Source of the DNA: Myxococcota bacterium
GTDB taxonomy: Bacteria > Myxococcota_A > SURF-8
Assembly (NCBI GenBank): GCA_963674735.2
Contig: CAXXQS010000002.1
Location: 128,001 to 192,000 of the forward strand
Reading direction: 5' to 3'
DNA: 64,000 bases
This document shows positions 37,501 through 46,500 of the stretch, one piece after another; positions within the stretch are counted from its first letter, which is position 1; each line of letters starts with the position of its first letter. Both the position numbers and the translations under genes were made by a program. The notes under the pieces are model-generated. The model ran no database searches. It was not told the origin of the DNA and saw only the letters and a program-made list of their open reading frames with translations.

Positions 37501-38248
37501 TCTAGATGGAAAATTAAACTATAGTGGAGACGTAGACTGGTTTAAAGTTCATATTCCAAGTGGAGCACCCAGCTTTTTACGAGCTGATGTTTTCAACATG
37601 GGGTCAAATAGTGCGGATGTTTCTTTGTACAATGCCTCTGGCAGTCTTCTTTCTTGGACATGCATTGGTACATATGATCGGACTTGCTACTACACAAATG
37701 CAGTTATTGATAGCTGGTACTACATTAAAGTTGCAGAAAGATCTGGATATTCCAGGGGACAATACAGAATTCGTGCATTTCAAAGCACCGACGAAGATGG
37801 TTTTGATAGTTCATCTTCGTATCCAGCATCATTAGAATTGGATATTGGCAGTCATCCAATCTATTCGGAGATCATACATGATTTCAACGATGTGGACTAT
37901 TACAGCCTTTCTGTCAATGAAGGTGATCGCGTTGTTATTGACACTTTCTCGCATACCGACGGTTTGAAAACGCGCATTGTAGCCTTGGTAAACGAAACAG
38001 GTAGTTGGGGAAGCGGTGATTTTGATAATATGAATTACGGTTTTTGGCCCCTTGCCTTTGATGAAGGGGGCGGCTTAACCGATGCTGATACAACCGAAGG
38101 TAGCACCTCACATCTAGTCGTGTCATCCGTTACGACCGGAATCATGTACATTCGTATTTCTAGCCAAAGGAACGATTCAACCGGAAAATATGAAATAGCC
38201 GTACGAAAGAACAATGGGTCGCAGATCCCGGACGTGGATGAATTCTGA
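34571..38248 (+). CDS. Large secreted zinc metalloprotease-like protein with C-terminal PPC-like domains
   Basis: Signal peptide (VFA-Q); PepSY-like segment; HELGH; repeated D.D.F/Y and G.YYIK PPC-type motifs. Confidence 0.75.
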   Translation: MRLAVVVSICLVLLVVMTHGTVFAQETESEMLELKALKDAFGYEENDTDEIRWRKYTSAPASVRQALWNHRLTQINSSKTEQFQERIGKEIPDYVDAKGKVASKLESMYEESAGDLVAKWNEVYEFPRLVANIWREDLAENEDEALALLLKEHGQDLEELFGVRFDENVFLTHTERGGDEVVRFFFEHAEYGYKVPREFIDITLSRSPITKKWYFLQASAKLSYYGFYQPKSVIERHEAGTLAECQSDENQASAAWQEPVWWQGDYRRYLVWAYNISINETPKDIVIDVETGETIATLGYGQGNWIGGNVQAEDIWSHDLRDYFNSSIDLKHVGIWADGGNFLDTIDANGDWYFQNAYSNTTVINRLTNLFYDYLGVPHNSLSEQIGIRISDEYQINYASDVTSIPQGTSGSYVAALNASTNYLYDTLDSQASNPGSLSWVNMYYNALLAVDTLRSNAYNTSDFDDNRIDYYSPLSNESGANASYGALNHCIITLNIPTSPSAELRWPDFTGPNGGGGKGSIQIALHELGHCLLGTVRHFYGHNYSGVFSPSGTIRYEDDTDWGQCYAGSHNPIPCSFDIDCIVAGYNKCNPNDGYCLKACNDADDCAEYFGTYESTYFRVCQNLTIGGVTNSYCGMNVSNASPGTAFHDMTADLVKDTFRRTHSTNLEYDVYFNNPLSESKKWGGLGEPNDACPEDCYSHNPYCFRIWALIFQQLRSFVGWQYFLPIAFASTLDGGMNGGFDEIAYHSTSSDLLIRALYDENGDNRSGVDPVLTMEIEKSYRSGFQVAYNANMPIADDVTDVTYHSIYINPTDGVDAYGNSKEHLYRRNPVTNNNATLRIQNCQRSSSRDQDRFVFYGLQGIKYRIEGDDSLYATDENALDLHMYLYKNSTSTQVGYSDDYASGDNPVIYYTPTENGWYYIKLLNTDQSGVGRYGVRIKTYKYNYILSSDDYANERLGAYPLARDNQLSVSNSYSYLDGKLNYSGDVDWFKVHIPSGAPSFLRADVFNMGSNSADVSLYNASGSLLSWTCIGTYDRTCYYTNAVIDSWYYIKVAERSGYSRGQYRIRAFQSTDEDGFDSSSSYPASLELDIGSHPIYSEIIHDFNDVDYYSLSVNEGDRVVIDTFSHTDGLKTRIVALVNETGSWGSGDFDNMNYGFWPLAFDEGGGLTDADTTEGSTSHLVVSSVTTGIMYIRISSQRNDSTGKYEIAVRKNNGSQIPDVDEF

Positions 38249-38273
38249 GAAACACCAGTTATAGGAGCTCACC

Positions 38274-39101
38274 ATGCAAAGAAGACATTTAACATCATCG
38301 TTTTCTATCTGGGTGCTGGTTGTTCTTATATCAGCTTGCAGTTCGGAATCCGATCCGGATTTGGGTTGGGTATCTATTCCGGCGGGTTCTTTTACCATGG
38401 GCTGTGAATCCTTTGAATCTTGTTTTGATTCTATTTGTTCATTCTGGACATGTGGAGCTTATGAATACCCGCAACGGACGGTCTCTGTCCCGCTTTTCGA
38501 GATAATGGCCACCGAGGTCACGCAAGCACAGTACAAAGCCGTTATCAGTACAAATCCTTTGGCGGGAACAAGCCAAGATTGTCGCGATTGCCCGGTTCAT
38601 CATGTATCCTGGCATGAGGCCCGCGTCTTTTGCGAAACCGTAGGTGGCCGATTGCCCAGCGACGCCGAGTGGGAATACGCCGCCCATGCCGGAACGGAAG
38701 GTCTCTATTATTGCGGTGATGAGATTTGCGGAAAAGATGTGGAGATTGAGGACTGCTGTCTATTCGACATCGCTTGGATTGCGGAAAGCGGCGGAGGCTC
38801 TGTACAGCCTGTGAGTCAGAAGCAGCCGAACGATTTTGGTCTTTACGATGTTTTAGGTAATGTGGCTGAATGGGTAGAAGACTGCGGGCATTATTCCAAT
38901 GATGATGCTCCGACTGACGGCAGCGCCTGGACGGAAAATTGTTCAAATTTTCCCAATTTTGATAATCACATAGCCGCGATTCATCGAGGAGGAAAGGCTG
39001 CCAGCACATACCGGGAGGTCGCTATACCAAATAGACATTATACTTCCCGCAATACCTATGAGATTCAGGTTGGTTTCCGCTGCGCTCGAGATGGGGAGTA
39101 G
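38274..39101 (+). CDS. FGE-sulfatase (SUMF1) domain lipoprotein
   Basis: Lipobox ISAC; IPAGSFTMG, TEVTQAQY, RLPSDAEWEYAA, NDFGLYDVLGNVAEW, GFRCAR. Confidence 0.93.
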   Translation: MQRRHLTSSFSIWVLVVLISACSSESDPDLGWVSIPAGSFTMGCESFESCFDSICSFWTCGAYEYPQRTVSVPLFEIMATEVTQAQYKAVISTNPLAGTSQDCRDCPVHHVSWHEARVFCETVGGRLPSDAEWEYAAHAGTEGLYYCGDEICGKDVEIEDCCLFDIAWIAESGGGSVQPVSQKQPNDFGLYDVLGNVAEWVEDCGHYSNDDAPTDGSAWTENCSNFPNFDNHIAAIHRGGKAASTYREVAIPNRHYTSRNTYEIQVGFRCARDGE

Positions 39102-39283
39102 ATGTAGACAAAGATTTCGTTTGACACGTCCTAAGATTCTTTTCCAAACTCGCTGACGTTAACGCAAGGAGAAGGACACTGCTACAGCATCATCTCGGTC
39201 ACCACCCAACAACAGACCCTAATTCGGCCCATGCCGAGATGATTGGTTTTTAAATCCCCCATCACCGAACTCGGTGTCGTCCC

Positions 39284-39656
39284 AAACAGGTCCCAGGGCT
39301 CCATATTCGGTCCTGGACGAGCGTTCTCGATGGGAGACGACATTACCCCGGCAAAAGTCCAATCAACAGCGTGGGGACGTTGAAAGGGAAGACACCGAGG
39401 CAGGTAGCTGCATCACCCGCGATACCCGTGCCCGGCTGATGCCCTCCTACCGGGGTATGCCGATATAGATTCTAAACCGGTCCCAGGACTCCATATTCGG
39501 CCCTGGACGAGTGTTCTCAGGGTGAGACGACTACTGACCCGGCACAAGCCCGATCAACAGCGTGGGGATGTTTATCGGAAGGACACCGAGGCAGGTAGCC
39601 GCGTCACATGCGTCACCTTGGCCCTACGGATGGCCTCTTGCCGGGCGAGGTCGGTA
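39284..39656. repeat. Diverged ~190-bp tandem duplication (39284-39465 / 39474-39656)
   Basis: ggtcccagg.ctccatattcgg.cctggacgag and atcaacagcgtgggga...gacaccgaggcaggtagc occur in both copies. Confidence 0.88.
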
Positions 39657-39776
39657 CGGGTCATCCGACTTTTTTGTTGCAAGAGCTCCTAGAAAAGATA
39701 TTATAAGGCTTAATCAATTCAACGCAGTATCATCTGGCGGTTTCGGACGAATGCCGCCAATATTGAGGAGGGTTGC

Positions 39777-41846
39777 ATGAAACGTAATCTCTCGCTTTGG
39801 GTGTTTCTGGTGTGCGTAATTGTTGCGTTATCTCTGGTCGGTTGTAACGGTGGCGAATCAGATCCGGAGGGAGACGAGCCGGACGGCGACGAAATTGATG
39901 GCGATGGTATGGACGGTGATGGAAGCGATGGCGATATGGCGGATGGCGACATCCCTGATGGTGATGAGCCCGACGGTGATGTGATCGACGGGGACGGCAT
40001 CGATGGGGATATCGTGGATGGCGATGAGATAGACGGAGATGACGTAGATGGTGACGACGTAGACGGTGATAGCGTGGATGGTGACGGTGTGGATGGCGAC
40101 GCTGAGCAGGAAAACTATTTCAGGATTGCCGTGATATCGGGGTTGAAATACTCCTACTCTCACTACTCGATGGCCGACAACCTGAATGATGCCATTTCGT
40201 TCATCAATGCGCGCGATGATGTGGATTTCGTTCTGGTGCTCGGAGACTTGACCGTGTTCTATGCCACCAAGGCCCATACTCGGGACGAGGAGCCGACCTA
40301 CGAGGATTTCGCCGCTGATACGAAAACGGTGCTCGATACCCTGACCGTGCCGTATTACATCGTACCCGGGGATATGGACTACACCGAGAGTGTTTCCGTA
40401 CTGGATGGAGCCAGGGCGCACGAGTGGGTGACCAACAAAGCCACGCGCACGACGTTTTTGAAAAGCAACTGGGGCGATCACTACCCCGGCACCGGATTCT
40501 GGTACAGCTTTGAGCATCGAGGCATCAACTTCGTCGGACTCAATACCATGCTGGGTGACTACGGCGATCCCGTGGCCGGTCATGTCGGCTCCATCACTTC
40601 TCAAGCGGCCGGGTTGCAGAGTGTCTTTACCGGTCACGATGACGTGATTGTTTTCGGTCACCACCAGCCGGCCCTGACGCTGGAAGGGACGGGCGAAACC
40701 ACCTATTCCGATGTGATTGCCGCAAACAATGAAAAGGTGAAAGCCGTGTTTTCCGCCAGTACGGAAGAATTTCGGCAACAGTGGTTCAACAGCAAGCAAT
40801 ATTTTACTTTCGGTTCCACTGCCAATCGTGCCGAAAACGTGGCGATTGTCGAGATTCCGCTGACCGACGACCGTCTGGAAATGATCAACAAAGGGGATCT
40901 CCACTTCCAAAACGAAAGTGGTGCAGGCAGCTGTACACCGGGATCGAATATGATTGCCGATGAAAGTGATTTGCTCGATACGATACAAGGGGTTTTCATC
41001 AGCTCCTGGACTGCCAATTTTCCGGCCTTGCATCTTTTCTGGAATTTGATCGGCAAAGATCAGAACCACCGATCTTTCCCGCTGATGTTACATTTCAGGG
41101 AACTGGTCAGTGATGTGTTCACCGTCGTTTTCGCATTCGGCCAGTTCAGTCATAACGCTGAAGCCGGAACGCGCAGCGTCACTCAGTATGATGACTGGTA
41201 CTCCACTTGCGAAGCTTTGAGTTTCGATTTCGACAATCCCTGCCTGGTCGATCAAGCTCCGAACAGCAAGGTTTCCTCCGGTTTCGATGTCGATCTCCTG
41301 GGAGTGTTCGACATCCTCGGATATGCGCGTGAATGCGGGGCCACTATGCCCTTGACGGTTTCCGATTACACCTTTACTTTGCAGGCCGAAGAGGAGACGA
41401 AAAGCGAGCATTCGACGTATCTGAGTGGCGCGGAAATCAACGTGCCGTACGACGACTTGAAAGAGTCGATCGAGACCTTCATGATTCAGGCGTATTGCAC
41501 GGACGATTGTACCTATACGGTCTATGGAGATGCAAACTGCTACGCCGGTGGGCATGGGCACACCGGAGCTTGTTTGGGGGGAACGTTGGCGTTTGCCGAT
41601 ATTCCCTCAAGCTGCGATTACCAGATCGGCGGAAGTGATTTGGCGCTGAGTCTGCGTACCCTACATGCCTTGGTTTCGGAGAAAAGCGGGGAGACCATCA
41701 CGATCACCACCCGGGCCACGATCGCACATCAAATGGTAATTATGAGCCATAGCGAGTATACGGACGAGGGAGAAAAAACACCGTATTCCCTCAATGCCGA
41801 TGCGGTTTTCAACCCCGACAACACGACCTGCCCGGAAGCAAGATAA
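39777..41846 (+). CDS. DGD-repeat lipoprotein with degenerate metallophosphoesterase domain
   Basis: Lipobox LVGC; long DGDxx array; GDLT, PGDMD, GHH. Confidence 0.85.
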   Translation: MKRNLSLWVFLVCVIVALSLVGCNGGESDPEGDEPDGDEIDGDGMDGDGSDGDMADGDIPDGDEPDGDVIDGDGIDGDIVDGDEIDGDDVDGDDVDGDSVDGDGVDGDAEQENYFRIAVISGLKYSYSHYSMADNLNDAISFINARDDVDFVLVLGDLTVFYATKAHTRDEEPTYEDFAADTKTVLDTLTVPYYIVPGDMDYTESVSVLDGARAHEWVTNKATRTTFLKSNWGDHYPGTGFWYSFEHRGINFVGLNTMLGDYGDPVAGHVGSITSQAAGLQSVFTGHDDVIVFGHHQPALTLEGTGETTYSDVIAANNEKVKAVFSASTEEFRQQWFNSKQYFTFGSTANRAENVAIVEIPLTDDRLEMINKGDLHFQNESGAGSCTPGSNMIADESDLLDTIQGVFISSWTANFPALHLFWNLIGKDQNHRSFPLMLHFRELVSDVFTVVFAFGQFSHNAEAGTRSVTQYDDWYSTCEALSFDFDNPCLVDQAPNSKVSSGFDVDLLGVFDILGYARECGATMPLTVSDYTFTLQAEEETKSEHSTYLSGAEINVPYDDLKESIETFMIQAYCTDDCTYTVYGDANCYAGGHGHTGACLGGTLAFADIPSSCDYQIGGSDLALSLRTLHALVSEKSGETITITTRATIAHQMVIMSHSEYTDEGEKTPYSLNADAVFNPDNTTCPEAR

Positions 41847-41866
41847 GTTCGGGCATCACCCCAAAC

Positions 41867-41901
41867 CACACGCCCCTCGGAAGTATTCCGGGGGGCGTGT
41901 G
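41867..41901 (+). terminator. Terminator hairpin
   Basis: cacacgcccctcggaa-gta-ttccggggggcgtgtg. Confidence 0.7.
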
Positions 41902-42048
41902 TTCGTTGCGCGACCTCCTAGAAAGGACTCGTTTGACCTTAGAAGGCGGGTAACCTTTACTGACTTGAGAATATTTTTAATGTGGCAGTCCCCAACCAAC
42001 TCCAGCGCCTGCCGGATAGACATCGAACCGGCATCACAGTCCGGCAAA

Positions 42049-42159
42049 TCAACTTGTCCTGTCCGTCAAGCTTTCAACCCGCTCCACCGTCAACGTACAC
42101 GCCCCGAACTGCTCGTCCACCTTGCCGGTCAGGACGAATGGGTGGCCGTAATCCAGGAT
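42049..42159 (-). pseudogene. Probable 3' remnant of a DnaE/DnaE2 polymerase OB-fold
   Basis: ILDYGHPFVLTGKVDEQFGACTLTVERVESL followed shortly by a stop. Confidence 0.5.
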
Positions 42160-42164
42160 GGAAC

Positions 42165-42261
42165 CGGACCAACAAAACAAATAGAGAAAGCGTTTTATCG
42201 AAACCTGACGGCAGATGCCCGAGCCCCATGCCAAACCGCCGCAGAAACAACGTTTACGCTC
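42165..42261. repeat. Dispersed junction repeat, copy B
   Basis: See 34168-34310. Confidence 0.8.
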
Positions 42262-42394
42262 GAAATACATACCGTTTGGATTCCGTATCCTGCTCCTACC
42301 CCAATTTCCTGAATGAAGTTGCGAAATTGGTTACTTATGATATATTTTGGCCCATCGCCTAAATTTGGAATTGAATATGATGGTGGGAGCGGAC

Positions 42395-42955
42395 ATGAAA
42401 CGGATTTTGTTTGGAATAACGGCTAACACTCTTCTCTTCGCACTGTTTTTCCTGCTTCCCTTCACCGGGATCGCTCAAGAAGGTCCCAGGCCCTGTCTTA
42501 CCGGCACAATCATCATCGGCGAAGGTGATCATGCAGGCAAGATCGAGCTACAAGGATTCCCCTTCACGCAATACATCGACAAAGGCCCAAATCATCGCCC
42601 TGGGAAAAGGACCTTGAGCTGTCGTAGCGGCTTTAGTGGCAACATTGTCATCAATGAAACCAACGGTCGCTACAAACTCCCAGATGGAACGTTCCCTGGC
42701 TACAAGCCATATTTGGTCATCAAGGGAGACTCCCCTCCTATGATTCTTCTGCGAAAGGATGGAGGAGGTATGAAATTCACCATTGGCCCAGTCTATCGAG
42801 TGACAGAAAACTACCTGCGGAACGGAAGCGAGCCTCGCTTCAAGGTGGTCACCCGGATGAAGGGACAGACCATTGGAGAAGGTCGCTGCTACAGTACCAT
42901 CCCCGCTGAAACGCAAAAACGGACCATCCTCACCAAGCAAGAAGGTACGCCGTGA
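42395..42955 (+). CDS. Secreted hypothetical protein
   Basis: Signal peptide MKRILFG...GIA-Q; GGAG RBS. Confidence 0.65.
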   Translation: MKRILFGITANTLLFALFFLLPFTGIAQEGPRPCLTGTIIIGEGDHAGKIELQGFPFTQYIDKGPNHRPGKRTLSCRSGFSGNIVINETNGRYKLPDGTFPGYKPYLVIKGDSPPMILLRKDGGGMKFTIGPVYRVTENYLRNGSEPRFKVVTRMKGQTIGEGRCYSTIPAETQKRTILTKQEGTP

Positions 42956-43117
42956 TTCGCCACCACTCCCGCGCGCCGCTCCGTCCTACGTAAAAAAAAG
43001 CAGAAGGAACTCTTCCTCACGCTCGGTTCATCCCGAACCGAGCGTGGCTTTCGTTTCTTGACTTCCCAGAAAGTTTATTATAGGAAGTCAGGCTGGCAAT
43101 CATACTTCCCGAGCTAA

Positions 43118-43354
43118 ATCCAACGCCTGCCGTATAGACATCGAACCAATATCAAAATCTGGCAATTCGAGCAACTTCATCACCTGAGTTACCCGTGCCC
43201 GGCTGATGTTCTTCTGTCGGGGTATACCGACAGGAAGGAAACCGACCCGCACCCTCGGACCAGCAAAACAAATCGAGAAAGCACTTTCTCGATTTCAGCC
43301 TATTTAGTTACTCATGCCCGATGCCGAACCGTCGCAGAAAGGCCATTTACGCTC
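43118..43354. repeat. Dispersed junction repeat, copy C (mosaic: also matches 42001-42050 and 39423-39465)
   Basis: tcca.cgcctgccg.atagacatcgaacc shared with 42001; tacccgtgcccggctgatg shared with 39423; remainder shared with 34196-34310. Confidence 0.8.
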
Positions 43355-43508
43355 GTAGAATGGGCACTCATTACAGCAGCATATTAGCCTTCCGAATATT
43401 CCAGATCATGTTTGATTTCTTTTTGAATAATAAACTCTGATATGGTAGCTTCAAACGAATCGCAAATTGGTGCAATCTTCTACAAAACTCCTTTCTAGGA
43501 GAGTTAGT

Positions 43509-46500
43509 ATGAAATCATTATGCGTGATGATAATCGGCCTTATTTCAATACTTATTGTTACTGGTTGCGACAGCAGTGGTTCGTCCGGGGACAATATCGT
43601 TGACGGCGACCAGGAACAGGATATCCCTGTCGTTGATGGTGATGTCGATGACGATGAATCCGAAGATGCGGAAGAAAATGGCGACATCGGATGCATGGAA
43701 TCTGTCCAACTCGGCCTTGAGGATAACATCCTCGATTTTGGCGCTGTTTCCGTCGGAGCTGATCAATCCAAATCCTTCACCATTACGGCCGACCCGCCGA
43801 CCATCATCAAGTCGCTTTCTATTTTCGACGATGATGAAACCAATGAATACTCGATCACGGTTGGTACTTGCACGAATGAAATCCAAGGAATTTGCCACGA
43901 GGCGACCGTCAATGAGAATGCATCCAACACTAGTCCGTACACGGTTACAATTTCCTATATCCCTCGAGATGCCGATTTGACCCATGATGATGCTTGGTTG
44001 CAAATCGAAACAGAAGACGACTGTGAGGACACGAAACGGGTGAAGCTGACTTCCCAGTGCAAAGGAACTCCGAACCTGAGGCTGAGCATCGACGATCAGG
44101 TCATTACGGGGAACGATTCTATTTTCTTCGAAACGGTTCTACCCAACTCCAGCGCCGATCCCGTCACCTTCAAGCTGGAAAACACCGGAGAAACCTCGGC
44201 CAACGCTCCGGTGTGGGTGAAGCTCGACCCGAATAACCAGTTCGCTGATTACTTCGAGTGGACGGATTGCGACTCCGTGGAGTTGACTTCCACGGGCTTT
44301 CTTATTGGTTCGGGGGAAGAAAAAGTCTGTACATTGAACTTCCGAGAGAAGGCGACCCCAGGTGAGTACACAGGAATGGTAAGCGTGTCCTGGAATTCCT
44401 CCTGCCAGGAGATAGACGGCAAGCTGGATCTGACCCTCTCCGGCCATGTCGCCGAGTGCGAGATTCTGGTGACACCGGACCCCACGCTACGTCTCGGTGA
44501 AGCAATCGCCAATGAAGAACGAGTAAGAGACCACTTCACCATCACCAACGCCTGTCCGTTCGATATGTACTGGACAGCTTGTGCGCTTGAAACCGGGATG
44601 GATTTCTCTGCGGATTGCCCGACCGGACGCACCAAACTGGAGCCTGATGATTCCACCACACTGGATATTAGCTTTCAACCAACCCAAGCAGATTGCCAGC
44701 TCGATCATCTGATCTTGACGTTCGAGCGTGAGGGTGGCGAAGGTGTGCAGACCCACGTGCGCGATGTGGCGGGATGCGGAACGCCTTGCACCTACCCGGG
44801 GTGCTGCCCACCGGACTCCGACAACTGTCAACCAGGTGATTATCGTTGTGAGGGTCAGGAACGTCAGACCTGCAACACCGTCTGCTACTGGACCACGGTG
44901 GAAGAATGTGCCGAGAACGAAACCTGCCTGGCGGTGGAGTGCGTCCCAGGCTGCTTCGACGGCCAACGCCAGTGCGACGGGCCCAAAAAGCTGGTATGCG
45001 AAGAAGGCGACTTTGTGTCCGACGGTATCTGTGACGATCAGAACCCCTGCACCACCGACTACTGCACGCTGGACGAGCAAGACCCGGATCACTGTTATAC
45101 AGTCAACCTGCCGAATGGGTCCGTCTGCGATGACGGCGATTCGGAAACCAGTAACACCGAATGCCAGGACGGCCAGTGTATAGAAGTCTTCGAATGCACG
45201 GACGATGGCGAGTGCTGCATTGACGGTGAAATTGTCAACGTGGCCGGAGCCTGCACGGACGACGGCAACGACTGTACCGACGACGAATGTGGCGATACCG
45301 GCGTTTGCACTCATCCAAACAAAGCTCCCGGTGCCACATGCGGAGATCAGACCGAGACCACCTGCTCGGCCCCGGATACCTGCGACGGAACGGGAACCTG
45401 CCAGCCCAACCATGCCTCGGACCAGACCGAATGCCGTCCGGAGGCAGAGGGAATACTCTGCGATGTAGCCGAGTATTGCCCCGGCGATGGCCCGGATTGC
45501 CCGGAAGATGGATACAAGTCCGACCAGACCGTCTGCCGCCCGGAAGCCGAGAGCAGCCTGTGCGACGTGGCCGAATATTGCACCGGAGATGGCCCCGATT
45601 GTCCGGTGGATAGTTTCAAAGCAGAAACGATATCCTGCCGAGCCGCCAACGATAGTGAATGCGACATCGAGGACTTCTGCCCCGGTGATTCAGCCGACTG
45701 CCCCGACAGCAAATCTACGGATATCTGCCGCGCCGCCGTGGACGATTGCGACTTCACCGAGATGTGCGACGGTGTGAACGACGACTGCCCGGAAAACGAC
45801 ATCATGGACGATGGCGAAGTCTGCGGCGAAGCGGATGAGAATCAGTGTTACCAGGGTGTTTGCGTCGACTGCGTGGATGACTACGGCTGCACCGATCTTG
45901 AGGATGACAGCCTGGAATGCTCCGAGCCGTCCTGTGATACGGAAAACCATACCTGTGAACACCAGCTTACCGCCCACGAAGGGGAGACGTGTGGTGAAAC
46001 CACCTCTTCTATCTGCGACGACGAGGACACCTGCGATGCCGACGGCATCTGCCAAGCCAACCACAAGCCGACCGATACACCCTGCCGCCCGTCCGAAGGT
46101 CTTTGCGATGTAGTGGAATACTGTGTCGAGGGTGGCGTCTGCCCTGAAGATGGTTTCAAGACCGGTGACGTGGTGTGCCGCGAATCGGAAGGCGAATGCG
46201 ACCTGGAGGAGCTTTGCACGGGAGATGCCGCCGCTTGTCCCGAGGACGCCAAGTCAACAGCCGAATGTCGTGCGGCGACCAACGAGTGCGATCTGGCAGA
46301 AGTCTGCAACGGCGTAAGCGATGACTGTCCGGGCGACGAGGCAAAGGACGACGGTGAGGTCTGTGGAGCAGGCGATCAATGCGTGGCGGGTTTCTGCGAA
46401 GATTGCTGGGATGGCACCGGCTGTGAGGATTTGCCCTGGGGGGTGCGGGATAGCGACTGCTCGGAGCGGGTATGTGGGACCGGGAACATCTGCGAATTTA

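Noticed and set aside
39860-40100. DNA-level tandem repeat or contingency locus
   Set aside because: Codons vary freely; it is a protein-level DGDxx repeat
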